Source of the DNA: Octopus bimaculoides
Taxonomy: Eukaryota
Direction of reading: 5' to 3'
NCBI RefSeq assembly: GCF_001194135.2
Contig: NC_068983.1
Span: forward strand, 36,278,710-36,342,709
DNA length: 64,000 nucleotides
Shown here one piece after another: positions 50,646 to 59,564 of this stretch. How positions within the stretch are numbered: the stretch's first letter is position 1; every line of letters starts with the position of its first letter. The position numbers and the translations under genes are program-made. The notes below the pieces were generated by a model that had not been told where the DNA came from, made no database searches, and saw nothing but the letters and a program-made list of their open reading frames with translations.

Positions 50646-53600
50646 TATATATATGACGGGATTCTTTCAGTTTCCATGTACCAAATCCACTCACAAGGCT
50701 ATGGTCAGCCCGAGGCTATAGTAGAAGACACTTGCCCAAGGTGCCATGCAGTGGGTCTGAACCCAGGACCATGTAATTGGTAAGCAGGCTGCTTACCACA
50801 CAGCTACTCCTGCGCCTGTTTCTAATTTAGATATAAGGCCAATAGCTTTGAGGTGAGGGATTAGATGATACCTAATATTTAGCTGATACTATTTTACTAG
50901 TCCCAAAAAAGATGAACTGCAAAGATGACATCAGCAGGATTTGAACTTGGCATGTAGAGAGCCAGAAGAAATACCACAAGGCTGAAACAGGACTAATGTC
51001 ATCACTGTACAACCAAAAATCAGACTAGTCACCCACGCATGCTATTTTTGATTAATTTAAATTCCATGGTTGTCTCCACTAGTTTCTCTTGACCAGAATC
51101 AAACATTAAAATGACTGATTTCTCTCGTTTCAATGGGTGTGATTTTAATTAATTAAAATATTTTGCCTTACTACATTAATTATGTTAACAAATACTTCAG
51201 AAAGTAATAAGCAAACAATTTAGTGTTGACTATAATTTTTTCCATATTATATTTAAGAAGAAAATAATTGCCAAACAAAAAGATAAACAAATAAACATAC
51301 ACACACATACATGTAGAGAGAGAGAGTGATGAAACTTATTTACCTCTTTCATGACACCAGGCAGTTCCTTTTGTACAGCTTGAAGGCAACTTCTAAATCG
51401 CTGAAATTTGAAAACAGAAAATGGATAACCAAATAGACAAAAGAGAATAGGGCTCTCATGCAGTGGTGGACTGGGTCTAAAAATATGGCTGCCTGGAGAC
51501 TAAGGGGACCCACCTGCAACTACAATGCTATCATTTAATTTTTTTTTTTTGTTAAAAGTATTCTTTTCAACCGTCTACAAACACAGCCAGGCATTCTTCC
51601 AGGAGTGAGTAAACAATTCTCAAACTTGAGGGATGGGCCCCTTAGATACTAACATGGGCCCCATATATGGATTCTAATGGTGCAGAGGCCCACTTGCCAT
51701 TGGGTAAGCTGGTAACCTAGCCAGTCCGCCACAGCTCACATGTTTGGAGCAAGGGTGTAGTTTGTTATATCAACCTCAATAGTTAACTGGTATTTATTTA
51801 CAGGAGAGCAGTATCTACTCTCATCTTCCTCTCAATGAGGAGCATGAAGAAGATGATAAGGACTCGGTTGAAGAAGAGAGTTTCTACTCTCAGTCTTTCA
51901 ATCTTATCCACTGTATAATTTCTTTTGCTATTGCCACCAGATCTGTGTTTCTCATGGCCAGTATGTGTGTTCCACAAAGATTGAAAAGGAGGGAGACAAG
52001 CTAATTCCTATGTTTAATTAATAATATCAAGAGTGTTTCAAATTTTGTAAACTTGTCCTACATATGGCTGTAGTATGGGCCATGGCTACATTTGAGGAAA
52101 AAAGAAATGAACCAAAGGTTGGCCATTATAAAAAGAAGTTCTTGATCCCAGTCCTAATAAAAAAATTTAAAAAAAATTACAATAGCTTATGGAGGAGATG
52201 ACAAAGGTGTGAGATATATGGAGCATCACTGTACTCACGAAGACCTGTCTGTCACAACAGAATTCATCATCATTTAATGTCCATTGTCCATGCTGTCTTG
52301 GGTTGGACAGTTTGACTGGGCTGGCACGCTAGAAAGCTGTGCCAGGCTCCAGTCTGATTTGGCATGGTTTTCTACTGCTGGATGCCCTTCCTATGCCAGC
52401 CACTCTGAGAATGTAATGGGTGCATTTATGCGTCACTGGCATGGGTGCCATTTGTGTGACACCGGTATCTGCCACGACTGCAATTTTGCTCGGCTTGATG
52501 GGTCTTCTTCTCAAGCACGACATAATGCCAGAAGTCTTGGTCATTGCCTCCATGAGGCCCAGCACTCGGAAAGAGCTTGGCCATTTTGCCTCCATGAGGC
52601 CCAATGCTTGAAAAACTATGGTTCCTCTTAAAAAGTGCTGATGCAACATAAAGAAAGAACACCCAGTACACTCTGTAAAGTGGTTGGTATCAAGAAGGGT
52701 ATCCAGTTGTAGAAACCATGTCAAAACAGACAATGGAACCTGGTGCAGCCTTGCCAAAGTTGGTCAAACAGTGCAACCCATGCCAGCATGGAAAATGGAT
52801 GTTAAATAATGATGACAGGTATTGCTTGCCTTTCTCTGACTAAATCAAGAGTTGTAACAAGTAACAAGAAAAAAAGGAAAGAAAGCTCAAAGTTAAAACA
52901 CAGTTATAATTTATCTGAATATTATTTGAGTATTCATGTATTGTTTATTGAGTAGAATAATCACTGAACTTCTAAATTTTTTCCAATAACCTGACCAATT
53001 TGAGAGATGTTTTTTCTTTTTTCTTTTACACAGAAAAAAAAAAAAGAAAAATCAATACAATTTCTGCTGTTAGAGTAAGCTAATATTTCAGTCACAGCTG
53101 TAGAAATTTAAGCAAAAATGGTGATAATTTAGAATGTGAAAAATTAATGTTTCTTATTGCATACACGTGTGTATGTATGTGTGTGTGCATGCTCGTGGAA
53201 TAAAAAGAACACTAATTTTCCACATTTTATATTTCATCTTTTTTTCTTAAATATGTTTTTTTTTGTGTAATGCCAAGAGGTGATGAACAATACCAGAATT
53301 TTTGACTCGAATTAAATATAACAAACTACTGCAAATTGTTAGAGTATCCACATAAGTAAAGTTAAGACCAACTAGAGGAAGGGTTATGTAACGGATGCAT
53401 TTCCAATTATATCTTATGCAAACCTGAAAGTGTACATATTAAATGATTTGAAAATATCATTAATTGGTTTGACTTCATTATTACAACAGTATATATAATG
53501 AATAAATAGGGATAAAGTGTCTAGGCAGGTACTGTAGAATTCAAAAATATGCAGCTGTACAAATCTCCACATTCATTCTAATTATATATATATCTTAAGA

Positions 53601-55281
53601 CGGCGAGCTGGCAGAACTGTTAGCATGTCTGGCGAAATGTTTAGTGGTATTTTGTCTATCTTTACATTCTGAGTTCAAATTCCACCGAGGTCGACTTTGC
53701 CTTTCATCTTTTTGGGGTCAATAAATTCAGTACCAGTTGTGTACTGGGGTTGATCTAATTGACTGGCCCCCTTCCCAAAAATTTCGGGCTTTGTGCCTAG
53801 AGTAGAAAAGAATTATATATCTATCTAAAAAAGCACCTATACTGGTACCATGTAGAAAGTACCCCTTGCATCGCACCATTTCCAAAACCCTGTTTTACAC
53901 AGTGAAATTAATAATTCCTGGAAGGAATTAGATGTAAATGAAGCTTAAAGCATTTGAGGAAGACTAACTTAATGACCCATATTCAAACTTTATTTTGTGT
54001 TTTAAAAAAATGACTATTTTAACATGGTAACAAAGCAACTATGCTCCACAATAAAGATGTAGCTCAGACCAGAAAGTTATCTTATATGTGTATATCTAAA
54101 GCACAATATTGCTCTGTTTGCACCTTGATCAGCCCTTAATGGTTAAAGAACAATTTTTCTGTTACAGCTTTACTTCTTATGGGAAACAATACAAGAAAAT
54201 GTAACATACGGATAAACCATAAGATAGAGAAATAATAAAAAAAAGCTTATCATCATCAGATGAAAATAATTTTAACTTTGGCATAAGGTCACAAATTTGG
54301 AGGTAGGGTATAGTCAAGTGAATTGACCCTGATACTTGACTGATGCTTTTACTGATCCAGAAAAGATCAAGGGCAAAATTGACCCTAAAAGGATGAAAGG
54401 CAAATGAATCCCAGGATGGATGAAAAGCAAATGTGACTGTGGAAGAATCCTTTCTGCTGAAGGCACAAGGCCTGAAATTTGGGGGAAGGGGGCTAGTCGA
54501 TTACATCAACCCCAGTGTGTAACTGGTGCTTATTTCATAGACCCTGAAAGAATGAAAGGTAAAGTCGACTCTGGCGGAATTTGAACTCAGTACATAGTGA
54601 CAGGCGAAATGTCACTAAGCCTTTTTCCTAACGTTTCTTATTTCTTTATTGCCCACAAGGGGCTAAACATAGAGGGGACAAACAAGGACAGACAAACGGA
54701 TTAAGTTGATTACATCGACCCCCAGTGCATAACTGGTACTTATTTAATCAACCCCGAAAGGATGAAAGCTAAGTCACCCTCAGCGGAATTTGAACTCAGA
54801 ACGTAGCGGCAGACGAAATACTGCTAAGCATTTCGCCCGGTGTGCTAACGATTCTGCCAGCTTGCTGCCTTCCTGAGTGCTAACAACTTTGCCAGCTCGC
54901 CACCCTTGACTGTGGAAGAAAAGTACAGTTGGCCCCACAAGAATGAAAGGCAAAGCTGAGACTAAAAGCTGGAAAACAAAGATCATTCTGGAAAGTTAAA
55001 AGGTAAAGTTGACTCCAAAGGATAAAAAACAAAGTTGACCTCAACAACATTTGAATTCAGAATATAAAAATGCTTTAACTAAGTCTTGCAAGACATTTTG
55101 TTTATAATGATTCTGTGAATCCATGATATTCATTATTTTCATTCAGCAATTATCTGGAGAAATAATTCTGATGATAGTTACTTACAGTTGTTATCACTTG
55201 AAGAGATTCTATGTATGTAATTTCTGTGCTAAGTAACTCCCATATTACTTCCTGTTGACTCCGGATTTCTTTTGGAAGCTC
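25271..55281 (-). CDS. PLEKHG5: PLEKHG5/PLEKHG7-like Rho guanine nucleotide exchange factor (DH + PH domains), 3' part, 11 exons, 659 aa; 5' end not identified
   Basis: Joined exons give DH motifs (QQEVIWELLSTEITYIESLQVI; RLRLIDIIITPMQRLTRYSLLLRRI), PH motifs (DVECYLFTDLLLICK; KVLKPPIRVD) and C-terminus LLLNSNNESEV, matching remembered PLEKHG5 (LLLNSTLTASEV). All introns are GT-AG and phases are consistent. Confidence 0.88.
25782..25935. mobile_element. 154-bp solo LTR
   Basis: TGTTGTG...CATAACA termini, 5-bp TSD GTATC, TATAAAT at 25828; the paralogous repeat at 27930-28115 shows the empty site. Confidence 0.8.
26569..27464 (-). CDS. PLEKHG5: PLEKHG5-like large Ser-rich tail exon (LLFNEANQ...YLLLNSNNE-S)
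   Basis: 896 nt, poly-T CAG acceptor, longest ORF in the window; the ORF-track stop TAA lies inside a GTAAGT donor (TC|GTAAGT). Confidence 0.9.
27930..28115 (-). repeat. Interspersed repeat, inverted relative to its copy at 25671-26030
   Basis: About 95 of 111 nt identical over the first block by manual alignment. Confidence 0.85.
28835..28947 (-). CDS. PLEKHG5: PLEKHG5-like PH exon (G-SILVIQTNDYIVPIMAFILHADSASIKNFIEHINKAK)
   Basis: 113 nt, TTTCAG acceptor, GTAAAG donor, phase 1/0 matches both neighbours. Confidence 0.87.
30603..31022 (+). mobile_element. Non-autonomous element with about 68-bp inverted arms enclosing a hammerhead (Penelope-like pseudo-LTR arrangement)
   Basis: Arms 30603-30671 and 30957-31022; a 47-nt core block differs at only 3 positions. 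Confidence 0.55.
30890..30945 (+). ncRNA. Minimal type I hammerhead ribozyme motif, apparently intact
   Basis: GTCT-CTGATGA-T-GGAATATCCC atactcg GGGATATTCC-A-GAAA-CAGCTG-TA-AGAC: 4-bp stem I, 10-bp stem II, palindromic ACAGCTGT stem III, GUA triplet. Confidence 0.8.
32891..33328 (-). mobile_element. Dimeric or nested family B SINE
   Basis: Complete monomer joined at AAGAAATAAGAAACGTTAG to a second monomer lacking its first about 18 nt. Confidence 0.85.
33775..33910 (-). CDS. PLEKHG5: PLEKHG5-like PH exon (QQDVECYLFTDLLLICKLKKLNDRLKVLKPPIRVDQISLAELKDK-G)
   Basis: 136 nt, polypyrimidine CCCAG acceptor, GTAAAT donor, phase 0/1. Confidence 0.92.
34351..34815 (+). mobile_element. 3' fragment of a restriction-like-endonuclease non-LTR element (R4/Dong/NeSL-like), with a SINE piece inserted
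   Basis: KIVLIIVGSLGKVSENMKRNIKEIGIECPVELFQKVCLLGT; starts at an (AAT)n tract. Confidence 0.65.
35656..35775 (-). CDS. PLEKHG5: PLEKHG5-like exon, DH-PH linker and PH start (LLNHYNQKFTLTSQMPNYLAKQSRCLLHHCSMKFKDSTVR)
   Basis: 120 nt, TTTTCAG acceptor, GTAAAA donor, phase 0/0. Confidence 0.82.
36040..37680 (-). mobile_element. Decayed Penelope-like element with pseudo-LTR and degenerate hammerhead at 36135-36170, interrupted by an RTE tail (about 36685-37110)
   Basis: Minus strand CTTT-CTGTTGA-A-GAGC ataa GCTC-AAAA-CAT-A-AAAG; frame-disrupted peptide near 37140-37190 resembles the Penelope K.N.L..SYS.M region. Confidence 0.45.
38089..38226 (-). CDS. PLEKHG5: PLEKHG5-like exon (IQTVENFVSDVNLIVGEKRESDKLNAIASRIESYEGCEAPNEECVK)
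   Basis: 138 nt, ACCAG acceptor, GTAATT donor, DH C-terminal helix; absent from the ORF track. Confidence 0.88.
39224..39370. mobile_element. hAT MITE
   Basis: CAGTGGTTCCCA/TGGGTATCACTG TIRs; 8-bp TSD ATATATGC/ATAAATGC. Confidence 0.75.
41348..41739 (+). mobile_element. Retrozyme-like unit: 354-bp period with 38-bp terminal direct repeat, containing the hammerhead
   Basis: GTAACACTGCTGC(A/T)TATGTCTCTCTGTGAGATTTATAA at 41348-41385 and 41702-41739 (1 mismatch); internal inverted repeat 41438-41461/41556-41579. Confidence 0.65.
41490..41532 (+). ncRNA. Minimal type I hammerhead ribozyme motif, apparently intact
   Basis: TTCAGG-CTGATGA-C-GAG caatga CTC-A-GAAA-CATG-TC-CCTGAA: 6-bp stem I, both core boxes, palindromic stem III ACATGT, GUC cleavage triplet. 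Confidence 0.8.
42029..42181 (-). CDS. PLEKHG5: PLEKHG5-like exon (WAESNTNLCKRLRLIDIIITPMQRLTRYSLLLRRIKETSVEEKQKEDLEKM)
   Basis: 153 nt, GCAG acceptor, GTAACT donor, diagnostic DH motif PMQRLTRYSLLL. Confidence 0.93.
42566..43035 (+). mobile_element. 3' fragment of a restriction-like-endonuclease non-LTR element
   Basis: KENTYAELLRNLQ...FIPVIIGTLG...RLQIQSITGTVKVCKAF* followed by 3' UTR and (ACAT)n. Confidence 0.7.
43875..44230 (-). mobile_element. Family A SINE nested in a piggyBac MITE, truncated by a gap
   Basis: High similarity to 1041-1424. Confidence 0.85.
44328..44685. mobile_element. Helentron/HINE-like non-autonomous element
   Basis: Subterminal inverted repeat CCTCCACC (44352) / GGTGGAGG (44674), 3' hairpin, AAAGTTTCATCCAAATCC motif. 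Class assignment from memory. Confidence 0.5.
45412..45522 (-). CDS. PLEKHG5: PLEKHG5-like exon (FPELMKPYQRFCADQIHCQNYIKAQCNSNEYFKNFVV)
   Basis: 111 nt, TTCAG acceptor, GTAAGT donor, DH motif PY.RFC. Confidence 0.9.
47526..48140 (+). mobile_element. Two adjacent 3' fragments of restriction-like-endonuclease non-LTR elements separated by (AAT)n
   Basis: 47526-47745 MQKIALLGTAHILRKTL*; 47777-48049 EVAMPGD...KYGDLRTEIARMW...LGSIP...LQKLALLGSAHIL. Confidence 0.75.
49435..49584 (-). CDS. PLEKHG5: PLEKHG5-like exon (IEIEKLFSNIVEVFAANSKFWKEYLCESLKVSRQTHEPINPSLLKDGFTK)
   Basis: 150 nt, TTTTCAG acceptor, GTAATT donor, DH motif LFSNI..V...N..FW. Confidence 0.9.
49770..50001 (+). mobile_element. tRNA-headed SINE with (AAT)n spacer and hammerhead-like 3' body
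   Basis: A-box-like AGCGTAATGGTT and B-box GAGTTCAATTCC (49820-49831); CTGATGA 49931-49937 and GAAA 49959-49962; body homologous to 7740-7930 (minus). Confidence 0.6.
51344..51400 (-). CDS. PLEKHG5: PLEKHG5-like exon (RFRSCLQAVQKELPGVMKE)
   Basis: 57 nt, TTTCAG acceptor, GTAAAT donor, phase 0/0; fits DH alignment position. Confidence 0.8.
51461..51734. mobile_element. hAT MITE
   Basis: CAGTGGTGGACTGG/CCAGTCCGCCACAG TIRs; 8-bp TSD CTCTCATG/CTCACATG. Confidence 0.75.
53597..53813 (+). mobile_element. Full-length family B SINE
   Basis: Same domains as 298-514; flanked by ATTATATAT(A/C)TATCT duplication. Confidence 0.85.
54446..54871 (-). mobile_element. Dimeric or nested family B SINE
   Basis: Same junction AAGAAATAAGAAACGTTAG as 32891-33328. 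Confidence 0.8.
55186..55281 (-). CDS. PLEKHG5: PLEKHG5-like exon, start of DH domain (ELPKEIRSQQEVIWELLSTEITYIESLQVITT)
   Basis: 96 nt, TTTTTAG acceptor, GTAAGT donor, phase 0/0. Confidence 0.9.
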
Positions 55282-55312
55282 CTAAAAAGAAAAAGCAAAA
55301 AGCATAAGTTAA

Positions 55313-57070
55313 CCCTTTTGGCCCAGCTGGTACATATTTGTATCAGTCAAAAATTTTACAACTCAAATCTTAAAAATTTCCATTCTATGTGATGCAGTAT
55401 AGAACCACTCCAGTTTTTCTGATAAGTATGTAGCACCAGACGTATGATCGGAATGTATGACACTATAATGACAGCTCAAAAAGGCTCACATGCATACACC
55501 CTGCCCCTGCTATTACCAATTTCAGAAAAAATTCTTGAGGAAAGAATTCTGGGTTGAAAGGGTCAATAATGGTTTCAAATTTTGGCACAATGCCAGCAAG
55601 TTCAGGAGAAGGGATAAGTTGATTATATCGATCCTGGTGTTCAGCTGGTACTTATTTTATTGACCCTGAAAAGATGAAAGGCAGAGTTGACCTCGGCAGA
55701 ATTTGAACTCAGAACATAAAGATAGACAAAATACTACTAAGTATTTCATCTGGCATGCTAACGATTCTGCCAGCTCATTGCCTGAAGCTTAAGTTAATAA
55801 TGACAATAATTGTTTAAATTTTGGTATAAGGTCAGCTGTTTGGATGTTGAGCTCCGTTGATTACATTGACCCCAGTACTTGACTAGTACTTGATTTTATC
55901 AACCCCCAAAGGAATGAAAGACAAAGTTGTCCTTGGTGGGGTTTGAGTTTAGCATGTAAAGAGCTAGAAGAAATATGCTAAGCATTTTGAAGTACTCTGG
56001 CATCATAATTTTAATGCTTACTTTTTCATGCTCGCATGGGTCAGGTGAAGATAAATACAAACTCACTTACACACAAACACACATACGACAGGCTTCTTCC
56101 AGTTTCTGTCAACTAATTTCACTCACAAGGTATTGGTAGACCCTCAGAAATAGTACAGGACACAGTGCAGTGGGGCTGAACCCCTAACTCTATGGTTTGA
56201 AGGTGAATATCTTATCCACACCATCATGCCTGCACCTTTAGTTATTTGTATGTAGAATATATTTACAAGAATTTAAGGAGACTATTGACAGCCTGTGTCT
56301 ATCAGTGCAAGTCAATACAAAGAATAGAAAAAACAAATTAAAAAGATAAATGATGCATCAGTTAGTTTGCCTTGATATGATATCTGCTGTTTCAAAGGAA
56401 AAAATGTCCTTCATTGGTGGAGTATACACTATCTCTTGCTGATAAAGATATTGTCTCAGCTGCTGATAAACTAGTAAAACCACATAATTTACTTGAACTG
56501 TATTAAAAAGCAGAGCTGTGTTTTGTCCTCCATATAACTGAAACATTTTTGTGAGGCTACACAACCTTATTGTTGTTTAGCTCCAGGCCAGTACTGGCTA
56601 AGCAAACCTATGATCAAAGCATTCCAACCATGACTGTCTTGTCATTTGCCTAAGCAATGCTGCCCCTTAAGACTATATTATCCAATAAATTCCCTTTTCT
56701 AAGATGGTAATGTGTGATTGCAAGGAGATTTGGTTGTTATTTCTAGTAGGTCAAACTATCACAGAGAGACTCCTGCATAGTTGTACTATAGTTTAACATT
56801 ATATGAAGCTTTGAAATATATTTCTGGTATTTTAATATGTTGGCTGCCATATAGCTCACCAAAGGGTTGTAGTGATAAGTTTCCAAAATTCACACAATCC
56901 TTCAGTGGATCATCTCATTATTTGTCTAAGGGCCCTTTGGGAGCTGATTGATTAAATATGTGATCATGGTACACTAGAACAAAATTCGTTTTTTCAGGTT
57001 TAAAAAATATTTTTCCTTTTTCTTTTGATCTTCACATTTAAATCATACTGAACTTCACCATATAAAAGGG
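55313..57070 (+). mobile_element. Possible decayed piggyBac element with nested SINEs
   Basis: TTAA-CCCTTTT at 55309 and AAAAGGG-TTAA at 57064-57074 (only 7-bp TIR match); 56381-56563 translates to ...DIVSAADKLVKPHNLL...ELCFVLHITETFL*GY, resembling the transposase C-terminal catalytic region. Confidence 0.4.
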
Positions 57071-59198
57071 TTAAGCTAAAAGAGTAGATAAACAGAAAAT
57101 AACTATCAGAGTTATATGGAATACAGAGAATTTCAGGATTTGACACTGTTGGAGTTACTGACACTATGAGAATAGGGAGAAACAGGTAAAAAACCAGCTT
57201 AAACAGGAAATAAATCAGCCAATCAGAATAGAGATTTCTCATCATTGCAGTATTGGTTTGTTTACAAACGTCTGCTCAGAGATAAGGTGTTCTTTAGAAT
57301 AATTTTAAGCAAAGCTCACTACAACCAGGTGCATCTTGAGAGGAAAAGCAAAAGTGTAGGATGTTCACATCTGCAGAAATACTGCAGGAATTAGATAGAC
57401 AGTTCTGATGAGGATGAATGGGAATTCAACAAATTTATCCCAAAGATGATTTAGAATCAGTTGATAAGTACGGAAGTTTTGAAGTTGAAGACAAAACAAG
57501 AGGTGCTATTCATATTTCACAAACTGAAAGCAATGTTACTGCAATAAAAGAAAGACTGGCAACACGTCAAAACGTAATGCTGGAATTAGACAGAAGACTT
57601 GTCAAGTTTAAATAAGAACCTAAGTTTTTATGTTTCTGTTATGTTATTTTCAATAAATCCTTTTCTATTTGCAGAATGTGCGTTTTAAATAGTATTGGCT
57701 GTGATGCTCAAGTCCAAACGTAGGTTAAATTCCCAGGTAATCACAATAGGCTTTAATGTAGCTTGTAGTGTTTCTCCTGGCTTTATTGCAGGAAATATTA
57801 CCCTAAGATTTAGTGCTCAAAACCTTTGGTCCTCATTAAAAAAAAAAAAATAAATAAATAAATAAACTAGCTACTTTTCAAGGAATATTTGGTTGTTACA
57901 TAATGTGGGTAAAATGACTATAAAACTACTACTTTGGTTTGTTAGTTTATTGTTAAGCAATGGGAGCAATAATCACTTTAGACCTTTCAGCAAGATATAA
58001 TTTGATCCCTCTGCTGTATATGAAATTAGTAAAGCATTGCCTTTGAGCTGTCAACTCAATATGAGATTATGATTTCAGTTAATTATTACATACGGTGAAA
58101 TTTTAGCTACTAGTTGCAAGCGAACACAAATCTTCTCTTTCTGCTGTCTAATGTTGTCTTATAATTCAAGTGACTTTTACATCACAGCTACATATAATTA
58201 GTATTTTAATCATGACAATGCCAGTTTTATGAGAAAATACTTGTTTGTGACTTTCTCCTTATTAAAATATTCTGTCATCATTCATATTGCAAAATGAAGA
58301 TGTAAAGGAGAAAGAAGAGAAAAGAAAACAGAAGACAAGGTCAGTAAATAATTATGTAGTGAGAAATGGTGATGGTTGTTAGGTGAAATATTTCTATGGA
58401 AATTATGCGGTACATGTTGTTGTTGTTTGGTTTAGTCTGATAACAATAGGATGCTGTCACAATACTAAGGAAGTCAAAAGATACGACTCTTTGTTAATTT
58501 GTCATATCTCTCAGCCAGCATACACCTGGTATTACAGGGCACAGAAACACCACTTTCCATATTAAACAACACATTATTATTATTATTATTGAAATATGTA
58601 ATCTTCAAATGGAGATAACACCTGCTTGACAAAGCCAACACACACAAACAGATTAATCATTCCATAACTGTTGATTTATGTTAAATAACAGCATAATTTG
58701 CATTCCAGCAGGTGAGCTACAGAAATAAAGATAACCACAAAAAAAAAAAGATGCAAATTCAAGGAGAAGATCTGATGATCACATTCTTTCCATGAGACTG
58801 AAGTGCGGGGGGAGGGGGGAGACAGATTGTTTACATTTTTAGTTTACTCACAGTGAGGCTTAAACGGTGCTGTGCATAAAATGCACATTGTTTAATCAAT
58901 GTGTAATCAAAAGTACAAATATGCAAATTAGGCTATTCAATAATGTGTTAGCCTCATTCATGACTATTTTTTTACAGCAGCCGTCTGTGTTATGGATTAG
59001 GGAAGGAAGCTGGCTATGTATTCTGAGGAGTAGGTAACAAATAGTGAAACAGTCCATTAGGAGACTCCCTCCCTGTTTTTTTTTGTGCATCAATAATACA
59101 GAAAGAATGTATTTACATTTTTAGTTTATCCACAGTGAGGTTGTGTAATATTTAAATTTATTCCAGTTCTTTTGATTCACACTGTTTGCATTATATAT

Positions 59199-59257
<59 letters not shown>

Positions 59258-59512
59258 CAATATATCATGTGACTGTGATTACATGACTGACCAGGCTATC
59301 CGATGTTGTGCATTTGCCTTGTTTTAGACTTCAAATGATGCCACCCTGCTGACTAGGTGAGCAGGCCAACATGCCACCCCCTTGATCAAAAGGGAGTATT
59401 GGAACAACATGAAATGAAGTGCTTTACTCAAGAACACAACGGAATCGAACCTATGATCTAGCTATCGTGAGTGCAACAGCTTAACCACTAGGCCATGCTC
59501 CTTCATATACAT

Positions 59513-59564
<52 letters not shown>

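Noticed and set aside
57045-57075. Minus-strand micro-exon candidate as the next upstream GEF exon
   Set aside because: The frame that would end in phase 0 contains a stop.
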